64,000 nucleotides of DNA from Thermodesulfobacteriota bacterium (lineage in GTDB: Bacteria > Desulfobacterota_D > UBA1144 > Nemesobacterales > Nemesobacteraceae), in NCBI GenBank assembly GCA_965208155.1, contig OZ242322.1, positions 1,153,732 through 1,217,731 on the forward strand. The letters run 5' to 3'. Positions 39,708 through 49,037 of this stretch are shown here, in pieces. The notes beneath the pieces are model-generated. The model saw nothing but the letters and a program-made list of their open reading frames with translations. It was not told where the DNA came from and searched no databases. A program made the translations under genes and the position numbers. Each line of letters opens with the position of its first letter. Position 1 is the first letter of the stretch.

Positions 39708-40589
39708 ATGAATGATTTATTGCTAAAAGGCCTTCAATTCGAAGTTGAAAACCTCGCCATTATCCGCAGAGGTAACTTCACCCAGAAACCGCTGACGGTT
39801 TTCTGTGGTCCGAACAACAGCGGTAAAACATTGGCCATGTACTCTCTTTACTATTTTTACAGCTTGTTGCCCGAGAGGGTCAGCAAGGGTAAAAACCTCG
39901 AGAGAGTCAGCCTTGAGAAATTTAACAAATACATGTCGTCCTCGCTTCCAGGGTTGTTCAATACCTCTTTAAAGGAACTGGACAAGGCGACATTCTGTCT
40001 TAAAGCCACGGAAAGTGACTGGCAAAGAATTGTCGGCGAAGCGAGGAGTTCGACTCGGATTTTCCTTGTGCCTGCGGAACGTAATGGTCTGCATCTGTTT
40101 TTTCGTGAACTTAGCACGCGGCGCACCGCCCTGCTGCACCATGCTTCCAGAGAAGACACAGATATCTCGGAATTGTTGCGCGACGTTATCCATTCGCACT
40201 ACGCTCTTCCAATAGCCGATTATATCAACTGGCTTAACGAGTTGCCCGAAAAACAGAAGTTGAAATCGAATGGTTTCCACGAGCATGCTTCGTTGCTTAA
40301 AAGGAAGCTGGTTGGTGGAACCTACAGGGTTGATGCTCGCAGCGGTGCTGTTCAGTTCAAGCCCTATCAGCCCAAGCGCGATGGAATAAAAACAAATTTC
40401 ATGGGCCTGCATATGACTTCCGGCATGGTTAAAAGCTTGTTCGGACTGTGGTTTTACCTGGAAAACCAGGCGTCAAAGGGCAGCGTACTTATGATCGATG
40501 AACCGGAGTTAAACATTCATCCCGCAGGCCAGCGCTACATAGCCCGGCTTCTGGCGAGGCTTGTGAATGCCGGGCTTAATATCGTCATC
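39708..40589 (+). pseudogene. AAA_15/AAA_21 ABC-type ATPase, N-terminal 294 codons, interrupted by an IS insertion
   Basis: FCGPNNSGKT Walker A; LMIDEPELNIHP Walker B. The reading frame runs into the IS left IR. It resumes exactly after the IS as ...STHSDYIVRELNSLIML (H-loop). Confidence 0.8.
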
Positions 40590-42948
40590 CTTTCAAGCCG
40601 ACACACTTGACTCCTTAATATTCGCTGGGTATATATACTGGCGTGCGGATAGGATTACGTCATTTTTCATCAGACAGCATAGAATGGTTAAAAGAAGCGG
40701 CGACAGATCCTGAACAGACTCGCTATGGGCTGGCACTGGGGCTTTGCGAGAAGGACAACTGGCGCAATGCCCGGGGGGAGTTGTGTCTTGCGTCCGCACG
40801 CAAGAGGCTTCCCACAATAGCGCAAGCCGTCGGAGTCAAGCTGCCCGCTCCTGCGTCCCTGCCCAAGGGCATGGTTCCTGGAGGCAAGGCTCCGCCGTTT
40901 GGAGCGGGCTATCCGGACAAGTATGTGGTTTGTTCTCTTGAGAGTCTGGGAGAAGTTTCTGTTGAGCCCGTGAAGGGGGCGGAGAAGAAGCTTTGGCGTG
41001 AGATGATACAGACTCATCATCCCGAGGGCTGGAGCAAGGTTCCCGGCAAACAGATATCCTACTGGATAACCACAGAGAATCATGGACGTGTGGGAGGCAT
41101 AGGTTTCTGTGCGGCAAGCTGGCACCAGGGTGCACGTGACAAATGGATAGGGTGGAGTGGGAGGGCGCGGGTGGAGAATCTTGGTCTGGTGATAAACAAC
41201 CATCGTTTTCTTCTGCTTCCGGGAGTCAGGGTAAAGAATCTGGCATCCCACGTGTTGTCGCTTGCCATATCGCAAGTGAGGGTGGAGTGGAAGGATATTC
41301 ACGGGACAGAACCCGTGGCGGCTTATACCTACATATCGAGTGATCATGAGGGGAGCAGTTACAGGGCCGCTGGGTGGGAGATGTGTGAGGAGAAGACTTC
41401 AGGGCGTCCTGCGAGCGGGGGGATTGTGGAGAGCAAGACGGTATGGATGAAACCCATATTGGGGGGATGGAAGAAGGTTTTGTGCGAAGAGCCCAGGCAC
41501 GTAATTGGACAGACACCAGAGCCTTATTACACAGAAGAGGCAGACTGGGCGGATGTGGAATACGGACGCAGTTCACATTCCGACGGACGGGTGAGGGAGC
41601 GTATAATATATATGGGGAGGAGGTGGGCCGATAATCCGGGGGAGCCGCTGCCAGTGGTTTTTCCTGGTGAAGCGGAGCAGAGGGGGATGTACAGGTTGCT
41701 GTCAAACAAGAGAGTTACGATGGAACATATACTTGAACCTCATACGGAAGCAACGGTGAGCCGGTGTCGTATGGAGAGAGTGGTTCTGGCTGTTCAGGAC
41801 ACCACTACGGTTAATTACAGTGGGCATGAGAAGACAGAGGGGCTTGTGAGCATAGGGGGGAAGGGCAAAGGGTTGTTTGTTCATGTGGGGTTGGCGATAA
41901 CGGAGGGGAAACGTCCTTTGGGGGTTTACGATCTTAACGCCACGGTGAGGGCAGTTGGGAAGGGTAAGAAGAACAAGAAGCAGGAGAGCAAGAGGTGGGT
42001 AGAAGGGCTTTTCAAGGCTCGGGAACTTAAAGAAGCGTGCGAAGGGACGCGTGTGGTTACGGTATGTGACAGGGAGGGGGACATGTGGGAACTTCTTCGA
42101 GAGGGGGTAGAGGGAGGGGACGGTCTTTTGGTGCGTTCAAAGAAGGGGCATAAGCGGCGTGTTGTGGTAGGGGAGGAGACAGAGAATCTGTGGAAGCACA
42201 TACAGAGCAGGCCGGTGCTTGCCAAAAGGGAGATAGAGGTGAAAGCATGCGGAGGGAAGAGGAAACGGGAGAGTCGGAGTGTGATGCTAGAGATACGTGC
42301 CGCGAGAGTGAAGCTTGTGGCTCCTTTAAGTGAGGGGGCTTCTGTGGAGCCGCTTGATATGCTTGCGGTAAGTGCTTCTGAGCCTGATCCGCCGAGCGGC
42401 AAGGAGCGTCTTCACTGGGTTTTGCTAACCACAGAGGGGGAAGAAACAGCGGAGGATGCGGTGCGTGCGATCAAGTGGTATGAGGCTCGGTGGAGTATAG
42501 AAGAGTATTTTAAAGCTCTTAAGACGGGAACGGGAATAAAGAAAAGGAGATTTGATTGCGCAGATGATCTGCGCAAGTGTCTTGGATTTGACGTTGTTAC
42601 GGCGTACAGGGTGTTTGATCTTGAGAGGATGGCGAGGGAGAAGCCGGACACTCCGGCCCGAGAGGTAGCGGGGGAGGAAGAGATAGATGCCATGTACAGT
42701 CTGCTCGAGTATGAAAGAATTATAAAGAAGAGGCCTGATGAAGCGCCCGACATACGCACTTACGTGATTGATCTTGCGAGATACGCTGGATTCAGGCCCA
42801 GCAAACGACAGCCGCTTCCGGGTACGAAGAAGTTATGGCAGGCAGTAGTGAAGTTCAAAATGGCGTATGCGGGTTTCAGGGCCGCGCGACAAATTCAAAC
42901 AAGGGGGCCCTGAAAAATAATGATGAGTCAAGTGTGTCGGCTTGAAAG
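40590..42948. mobile_element. IS4-family insertion sequence (2359 bp) with perfect 24-bp IRs and a 9-bp target-site duplication
   Basis: IR CTTTCAAGCCGACACACTTGACTC at 40590-40613, and its reverse complement at 42925-42948. TSD ATCGTCATC at 40581-40589 and 42949-42957. Confidence 0.9.
40643..42913 (+). CDS. IS4-family DDE transposase with N-terminal DUF4338-like domain (756 aa)
   Basis: C-terminal YEARWSIEEYFKALK (Y-2-R-3-E-6-K). N-terminal ISYWI..VGGIGFCAASWHQGARDKWIGWS region. Confidence 0.85.
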   Translation: MRIGLRHFSSDSIEWLKEAATDPEQTRYGLALGLCEKDNWRNARGELCLASARKRLPTIAQAVGVKLPAPASLPKGMVPGGKAPPFGAGYPDKYVVCSLESLGEVSVEPVKGAEKKLWREMIQTHHPEGWSKVPGKQISYWITTENHGRVGGIGFCAASWHQGARDKWIGWSGRARVENLGLVINNHRFLLLPGVRVKNLASHVLSLAISQVRVEWKDIHGTEPVAAYTYISSDHEGSSYRAAGWEMCEEKTSGRPASGGIVESKTVWMKPILGGWKKVLCEEPRHVIGQTPEPYYTEEADWADVEYGRSSHSDGRVRERIIYMGRRWADNPGEPLPVVFPGEAEQRGMYRLLSNKRVTMEHILEPHTEATVSRCRMERVVLAVQDTTTVNYSGHEKTEGLVSIGGKGKGLFVHVGLAITEGKRPLGVYDLNATVRAVGKGKKNKKQESKRWVEGLFKARELKEACEGTRVVTVCDREGDMWELLREGVEGGDGLLVRSKKGHKRRVVVGEETENLWKHIQSRPVLAKREIEVKACGGKRKRESRSVMLEIRAARVKLVAPLSEGASVEPLDMLAVSASEPDPPSGKERLHWVLLTTEGEETAEDAVRAIKWYEARWSIEEYFKALKTGTGIKKRRFDCADDLRKCLGFDVVTAYRVFDLERMAREKPDTPAREVAGEEEIDAMYSLLEYERIIKKRPDEAPDIRTYVIDLARYAGFRPSKRQPLPGTKKLWQAVVKFKMAYAGFRAARQIQTRGP

Positions 42949-43293
42949 ATCGTCATCAGTACGCACAGCGATTACATAGTGCGGGAACTCAATTCACTGA
43001 TCATGCTCAGCGGAGACAAAAACCAGAAGCTGCTCAGCAGGCATGGATATGACAAGAGTGAAGTTCTCAGCATTGAACAAGTGGGCGCTTATCTTTACGA
43101 TGAACAAACTATCACCCCTTTTGAAATAACTCCGGAAGATGGAATCTACGCGACGACTTTCGATGAGGTGATTGGCGATATAAATATGACTAACGACGAT
43201 ATTTATTACAGCCTGCAGGAACAAAGCGATGTCCGAAGAGGCGATACGAAGGAAATTTCTGCTTTTTCAATTCGGGAAAATTCCGTACAATAA
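42949..43293 (+). pseudogene. C-terminal 115 codons of the IS-interrupted AAA_15 ATPase
   Basis: In frame from the TSD: IVISTHSDYIVRELNSLIMLSGDK... Confidence 0.75.
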
Positions 43294-43308
43294 ACCGTAA
43301 GGATTTGG

Positions 43309-44073
43309 TTATACGGCAAGTTCTTCTCGTACCTTGTCTCGATTAGACCATAGGACTGCACGCAGGTCGTAGTTATGAAAAGCATCCAAAACGCTACCTG
43401 ATACACTTTCTTCGGAATCGTTTAGGATTGCATAGGCGCGTGATTCCTGAGGTCTTGCTTCCTTGGTATCGATCCACGAAAAAACCAAGGCTTTTGCGGT
43501 ATCTCTACTAGGGCGATTGATCGCCCGCAGAATACGTTCCGGCTGAGTCTTTGACTTCGGTATAATAAAATCAAAAAGGTGATCGTAACCGCTTCTGCCT
43601 GTAAATTTCACTTTGGGCGAGTAGCGGATTTCAGACATGTCCAGCCAGTTGATAACATCCTCGTAAAAAAAGCTTTCCACTATCGGAGATGCCATATAGA
43701 AAAGGTCGTTAACCGAAAGCATGGCCTGTAGAAGATTATGTTTCTGTAGAGCAAAATTATCTGTAGATGCGTTGACTTCAAGCGCTTTTAGATTTCTCCT
43801 AGCCCCGAAACCGTCAAGCGTCATTTTGAGCAGGGCTTGGCGCTTCGGGGTGTCTATTTTGCAACCCGACAGTTCAAGGTCTTCCAGAATATAGCCGTCA
43901 TCTGAGAGAACTAATTCCCCATTTCGACGTTTTACATAAATCTGCAGATAATCATTGTGACGATCCAAAAATGGCGTGGTTATTTCAACATAGTTGTCGG
44001 TTTCGCGAAGCGTCGTTTTGTTCCGTAGCCATTTCCAGTATTCGTCCAGCAGTGTTTGAACGCTCGGCATCAT
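43309..44073 (-). CDS. DUF1828/DUF1829-like protein (254 aa), convergent with the ATPase
   Basis: N-terminal LLDEYWKWL...[18 protein letters not shown] pattern typical of DUF1828. The assignment is tentative. Confidence 0.45.
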   Translation of the reverse strand: MMPSVQTLLDEYWKWLRNKTTLRETDNYVEITTPFLDRHNDYLQIYVKRRNGELVLSDDGYILEDLELSGCKIDTPKRQALLKMTLDGFGARRNLKALEVNASTDNFALQKHNLLQAMLSVNDLFYMASPIVESFFYEDVINWLDMSEIRYSPKVKFTGRSGYDHLFDFIIPKSKTQPERILRAINRPSRDTAKALVFSWIDTKEARPQESRAYAILNDSEESVSGSVLDAFHNYDLRAVLWSNRDKVREELAV

Positions 44074-44372
44074 GAAAACAACCCTTTTTAAATTATAGTC
44101 GGTTTAACGATGTTACAAAACTCCATAAACTCCTTAAGTACTTGGTGAAGGTCGTTTAAATCTTCGTGCTTTTTTTCAAATCAGCCTCGGAAGGCGAGTC
44201 CGAAGAGGCTGATTTGAAACCGTTTCCTTGCCCTGATGCCACCTTCCTTCCGCCCTCCTTCTCTTGACCGTCTTTTCTCCTCTTAGTGCTACAACGCCAC
44301 CTTCGCCTTGAACTCTGGTGAATACGCCTTTGAGGCATTTGCGTAGTGGAGTATAGCTATACTGGGCAGGGA

Positions 44373-44464
44373 TCATATGCCGGAAGTCCCTTGTTCCCTG
44401 CTCCGTCATTTGTTTTTTTCCGTGACTTCCTCTATCAGTGCCAGAAGATCATTTGAAACGCCGG
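44373..44464. repeat. Direct repeat copy B (~92 bp): orphan duplicate of the 3' end of the 124-aa gene
   Basis: Encodes the same C-terminal ...DLLALIEEVTEKNK* but has no upstream gene body. Confidence 0.7.
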
Positions 44465-44601
44465 GTCTTTCGGGAAAATGTGAACCGCTCCCTCTGCCTG
44501 GAGCAATTAAAAGAGATTTTTTCTCTTTTAAATTGATTTTTAAGGGTTTTTATGTATATTAGCAGTATGTAATGAGTTGATATCGTATAAGGAGATGTCA
44601 A

Positions 44602-45924
44602 ATGATTATAAGTTTTTCAATAGAGAACTGGATGTCTTTCCGTGACCCCGTTTCTTTCTCAATGGTTGCAAGCCGTGAAAGACAGCATGGAAACCGGATC
44701 CCCAAGGTCGGAAAATACCAGATGAGGATTTTGCCTGTAGCGGCGATCTACGGCGCCAACGCGTCGGGCAAAACGAATTTCTTCAAAGCTCTGGGTTTTG
44801 TCAGGAATCTGGTTCTTGAAGGAACAGGTACTGACAAGCCGATTCCCGTGGAGCCCTATCGACTCGCCAACGGGTATACGGAAAGACCTTCCCGATTCAG
44901 TATAGAGCTGCTGATTGACGAAACAATCTACGAATTCAGCTTTGCCGCGACCAGAAGGGCCATTGTCGAGGAGAAGCTCGTAGAGATTACCAGCACAAGC
45001 GAGAAAACCCTGTATAACCGCCAGGCGGGCGAACCGAATCTTCACAGTTCACTAGGCGGGAAACCGTTTCTCCTTTTTGCTTTTCAGGGCACGGGGGACA
45101 ATCAGCTGTTCCTTACGAACTCCGTATCCCAGAAGGTTGACGACTTCAGGCCGGTTTATGACTGGTTCAGAAATTCCTTATCGTTGATTGCTCCGGATTC
45201 TATATATCAAAGATTCGGATACCTGCTTGATGAAACCCATCCGATGCGCAGCGCGGTTAACAGAACAATCCCGCAGCTTGATACAGGCATCTCTTATCTG
45301 AGCTTGGAAGAAGTGCCTTTTGAAAGCATTCCTTTCGAAGAAGAATTTAAAAACGATCTGTACGGAAAAATCGAAGAAGGCGGATACAGGGACGCTCGCC
45401 ACGGCACTGAACGTTTTGTCCTTGCAAAAAGGGGTGGTGAGGTGGTGGCGAAAAAGCTGGTCGCGTTTCACCCCAGAGCTGACGGAACAGATGCTAAGTT
45501 TGAATTCCATCAGGAATCAGAAGGTTCCCGGAGGGTAATTGATCTGCTGCCCGCCTTTCTGGGCGAGCCGCCTTTCGGCTCAAACAGTGTATATGTTATT
45601 GACGAGATGGACCGAAGCTTGCACCCGTTGCTGACGAGGAAGCTGATTGAAGTCTATCTCGACGGTGGCAGTGCGCAGAGCCGCGCGCAGCTGGTATTCA
45701 CAACGCACGATGTTTCCCTCATGGATCAAGACCTTTTCCGCCGTGACGAAATGTGGGTTACCGAGAAAAACTCCGAGGGGAATTCAGATATTTTTTCCTT
45801 CAGCGACTACAAGGGTATCCGCTATGACAAGGATATCCGTAAAAGCTATCTTCAGGGCCGTTTAGGTGGTGTTCCCCGGTTCTCTTTAGGCGGCACCGAG
45901 ATTAACCGCGAGGACAACAAGTAA
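44602..45924 (+). CDS. AAA_21-type ABC ATPase (440 aa), stand-alone
   Basis: IYGANASGKTN Walker A; YVIDEMDRSLHP Walker B; C-terminal FTTHD H-loop. GGAG RBS. Confidence 0.8.
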   Translation: MIISFSIENWMSFRDPVSFSMVASRERQHGNRIPKVGKYQMRILPVAAIYGANASGKTNFFKALGFVRNLVLEGTGTDKPIPVEPYRLANGYTERPSRFSIELLIDETIYEFSFAATRRAIVEEKLVEITSTSEKTLYNRQAGEPNLHSSLGGKPFLLFAFQGTGDNQLFLTNSVSQKVDDFRPVYDWFRNSLSLIAPDSIYQRFGYLLDETHPMRSAVNRTIPQLDTGISYLSLEEVPFESIPFEEEFKNDLYGKIEEGGYRDARHGTERFVLAKRGGEVVAKKLVAFHPRADGTDAKFEFHQESEGSRRVIDLLPAFLGEPPFGSNSVYVIDEMDRSLHPLLTRKLIEVYLDGGSAQSRAQLVFTTHDVSLMDQDLFRRDEMWVTEKNSEGNSDIFSFSDYKGIRYDKDIRKSYLQGRLGGVPRFSLGGTEINREDNK

Positions 45925-45999
45925 TGCCTCCGGGAAAACGGAGAAGATTCATCTAAATCACGCAAGGCTACGTGCCCGACATTGCATCCTCGGATTTTG

Positions 46000-46857
46000 T
46001 CAAGACATGCTTATCGTTTTTTTAGCTTCTACTGTCCAAGTGCGGATACTAGACAAAATTTCTTCAGGCAAACCGATGCAGTTTTCTACCAAGCGGCATC
46101 GGTCCAAAACTATTCCGGCATCAGTGTTAGTATTTTTCCAATCGGAATTGTCAAGTGCTTCCGAGATGCAAAATACTCTTGTCGGGTTGACAAGAAATGG
46201 TTCAAGCATCCATTTACGGATAAATCCCTCTGGTTGTAACTGGGAAGTAGATTTCTTCCAATTTGTTCCTGTTTTACATTGACCGAACAAAAGCAGTTGG
46301 CCCGGCCGCCGGTCTGCAAACGGAATCCATGCTACAACGTCAAGCAAGCCGTCTTTTTTCCTGACGGGTCTTTCGTCTCTGTTTCGAAACCCTGAACCTT
46401 CACCTAGCATATTGCAAAGTTCGTTAATTTTATTTTTGAAGTTTCCTTGTCTGGCTGTTCCAAAAACAAAACATTGCGCTTTATCCTGACCGAGATAAGT
46501 CTTCAATGCATGAGCAGATAGATATTCCAGCAACTTCGTACCGTCAATCTCCGCATGCTTTCTCTGCTTTTTCATATTGAGGCGGGTGCTTAGCAGCAAG
46601 TACAAGTAAACAACCGATTGTGTTTTTTCGGGTTCTGGGACATGGCCCCGCAACGCTGTCCCCTGTTGGTTGAGAGCAAACGGGTAAACGGAAGCGCATG
46701 CTCTTTCTCTACGATCGATTTCATTCATCACTTCATTAATCCGCTCGGCGTTTTCATCCTCATCATCGTTACAACCCTCATTGCTCTCGTTTTCGCCAAT
46801 ACGTCCCAAGTATGCAACGATCTCCCTAGCGGAGGTGTTTCCTTTAATCCAGCACAA
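46000..46857 (-). CDS. Hypothetical protein (285 aa), possible PD-(D/E)xK-like nuclease; last gene of the MTase / ParB-like operon
   Basis: GLLDVVAW...PGQLLLFGQCKTG resembles a D...(E/Q)xK core. Acidic N-terminus. The assignment is tentative. Confidence 0.45.
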   Translation of the reverse strand: MCWIKGNTSAREIVAYLGRIGENESNEGCNDDEDENAERINEVMNEIDRRERACASVYPFALNQQGTALRGHVPEPEKTQSVVYLYLLLSTRLNMKKQRKHAEIDGTKLLEYLSAHALKTYLGQDKAQCFVFGTARQGNFKNKINELCNMLGEGSGFRNRDERPVRKKDGLLDVVAWIPFADRRPGQLLLFGQCKTGTNWKKSTSQLQPEGFIRKWMLEPFLVNPTRVFCISEALDNSDWKNTNTDAGIVLDRCRLVENCIGLPEEILSSIRTWTVEAKKTISMS

Positions 46858-46929
46858 GAGCTCTGCGAAGTCTGCCAGTTCCAGAATGTCCGCATCTGGA
46901 GACGGTAGGTGGGGAAGCTTGAACAGGAT

Positions 46930-48051
46930 TTATTCCTCCGCAGCACGAGCCCTATTTTTTCTGGAGATTTTCCCCATGCGATTTCTTTTGCGAAGCATTT
47001 CTGAGTACACATCCTCAGCCATTTCGGCAACTGTTTCCGCTATGTGTAGAAGGTCTTCCGACCCATCATAGCCCGTCGTCATGTAGGCACGCGTATTTTG
47101 GAGTCCGCGTTTTGACTTTAGGAGTGCTTCTTCGAAGACATCGGTTGGAAGACGGCTTAATTCAAAAGCCACTGCTAATTCTTTGTCGTCTCGAAGTGCA
47201 GCAAGTGCCTCTCTACTTTTCAAGACTTCATTAAGCTGTCTAAGATGGGGATTCTGAGTCTCTACAACGGGCGGCTTGTTCTCTTTTTTATCTCCGTACA
47301 GCCAGATGCACAATTCGCCAAGTCTGCTTATGGCCTTTTTGGGTACTGGTGTTTTGGCTTCGGCATCCACCGACTTCAAGGATAGAAATTTACTGACTCC
47401 GTCGTAGTCGAGACCCGTGTAGAGGTGAGAGAAGGCAAATCTCTTACGAAACCGGTTGTCCCGATCGTAGACTCCCTGCCTTTCTGCTTGTTCTATGACC
47501 ATCAGCCCACGGTAAAGACGTTGCACTGTTTTGTGGCGGTCACCAATCTGTTCCGCAATGTCTTCAAGGGATATTTGGTATTTTCTGTGGATATTGGCAA
47601 TGTACTCGGCCTTTGCGTAACTACTCCACTTGGCGGGTCCGTTTACATGTTTAAAGCCTATATAGCGCCAGAGTTCTTCACGAGTGGAAATTTTTACCGG
47701 CAGATTCTCAAGCTTCTTGAGTTTTGCTCTCTTGAGGGTTGGAACATCCCAACCTTTTTCTGCAGCGAGGTTAGGATCAAGGAGTGCTTTTACGGCCGCA
47801 AGCCGCCGGTTTCCTTCAATGACTATTTTTTTGCTGCCTTCTTCAGCAACGATTAAGGGTTCATGTTCGAAATACCCGCTGGCAGCGATGGATTGTACCA
47901 ATTCCTTGATATCCATTGCGTCCCAAAGGATCGAGATAATATCATCTTCCTTTGCTGTTCCGGTGATTCCGTATTCCGCAAGCCGGGGATTCTCCCTGTC
48001 AAAGTGCAGCGAAGAAGTGGGCAGCCAGTTAGTATCTTCTGTTTTCGTCAT
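46930..48051 (-). CDS. ParB/Sulfiredoxin-domain protein (ParB-like nuclease/NTPase N-terminal domain), 373 aa
   Basis: KIVIEGNRRLAAVKAL is the ParB-box GxxR motif. Long helical C-terminus. Confidence 0.7.
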   Translation of the reverse strand: MTKTEDTNWLPTSSLHFDRENPRLAEYGITGTAKEDDIISILWDAMDIKELVQSIAASGYFEHEPLIVAEEGSKKIVIEGNRRLAAVKALLDPNLAAEKGWDVPTLKRAKLKKLENLPVKISTREELWRYIGFKHVNGPAKWSSYAKAEYIANIHRKYQISLEDIAEQIGDRHKTVQRLYRGLMVIEQAERQGVYDRDNRFRKRFAFSHLYTGLDYDGVSKFLSLKSVDAEAKTPVPKKAISRLGELCIWLYGDKKENKPPVVETQNPHLRQLNEVLKSREALAALRDDKELAVAFELSRLPTDVFEEALLKSKRGLQNTRAYMTTGYDGSEDLLHIAETVAEMAEDVYSEMLRKRNRMGKISRKNRARAAEE

Positions 48052-48064
48052 CAGTTTTTCTCCG

Positions 48065-48958
48065 CTAAGCGATTTTCAGCAAAGTGTTTTCGTTTTGCCC
48101 CATGCTATATGACTGTGGAATATGGACGTTATCGGGCGCGATTATCAGTTCCCGCGCGAAATGCTTTACCTGTAAAGTATAACGGAGCGGCAGCAGGGCC
48201 ATCTTGCATTTACCGTAAAGCCCACGAACCAGATCGCTGTCGTCGTAGGACATGATCCAAGGCAATTTTTTCTGAGTGTGCATGTACTTCGCCAATACGT
48301 GATGGTCTTCCGGTTCATACGCGTTGAGGTAAAGTCTCCGGCCGTTGCTTACGTAGGGCGGATCCAAGTATACGAACACGTGTCCCCTTCTGTGTCCCTT
48401 TGGCAGGTGGAGCCTGAGGAAATCAACGGCATCTTCGTTAAACACTTCTATGCGCTCGCGGTGTTTGGCGAGCGCGAGCAAGCGTTTCGCAAGACCCTCG
48501 CGATTAAAACGAGCATCCATTTTCCATCTGCCTTCTTGCCCGAAGCCTCCGATCGGCCCGGCGCCCATCAATATCCCCGACCTGTTGGTGCGATTCATGT
48601 AGAAGGCCGCAAAACCCAGATCAAAGAGATTGTGCCGCCCGGGGCTGGCGCAGATTTCTCTCTGGTTTCTCCACTCCTTGATCGTTAACGGCACTTTGAT
48701 TACGCGTTGCGCGAAACGTTCGGGCTGCTCAAGGGCTGCGCGCCAGAACGCGTAAATGCAGGGGTCCGCGTCGTTTAATCGAATCTTTGAAACAACCCCG
48801 GCACCCAGCAGCGCCAGCGCCGCGCCCGCTCCTCCTGCGTAAGGTTCGAAATAGACGCATCCCCTCAAGTCGTTTAGATCAATAACGTCGGCCAGAAACC
48901 CGGAAAGCGCCGTTTTCCCGCCGGGATATCGCAACGGACTGAGATGTTTTTCAGACAT
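48065..48958 (-). CDS. Dam-family N6-adenine DNA methyltransferase (D12 class); start at the internal ATG (MSEKHLSPL...)
   Basis: LRYPGGK (motif I) and DPPYV (motif IV). The ORF-track start at 49051 would overlap traW. Confidence 0.85.
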   Translation of the reverse strand: MSEKHLSPLRYPGGKTALSGFLADVIDLNDLRGCVYFEPYAGGAGAALALLGAGVVSKIRLNDADPCIYAFWRAALEQPERFAQRVIKVPLTIKEWRNQREICASPGRHNLFDLGFAAFYMNRTNRSGILMGAGPIGGFGQEGRWKMDARFNREGLAKRLLALAKHRERIEVFNEDAVDFLRLHLPKGHRRGHVFVYLDPPYVSNGRRLYLNAYEPEDHHVLAKYMHTQKKLPWIMSYDDSDLVRGLYGKCKMALLPLRYTLQVKHFARELIIAPDNVHIPQSYSMGQNENTLLKIA

Positions 48959-49037
48959 ATCCTTCCTTTTCCCTAGTACTGAAGTATGCACTCTGACACT
49001 TGCCTGGTCAATTTTAAGGAACAAAATCGCCTCTATA

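Noticed and set aside
44195-44234. Perfect 12-bp-stem hairpin CAAATCAGCCTC...GAGGCTGATTTG as an intrinsic terminator
   Set aside because: The T-run precedes rather than follows the stem on the plus strand, and an A-run follows it on the minus strand. So it is not a canonical terminator for either convergent gene. Kept only as a structural note.
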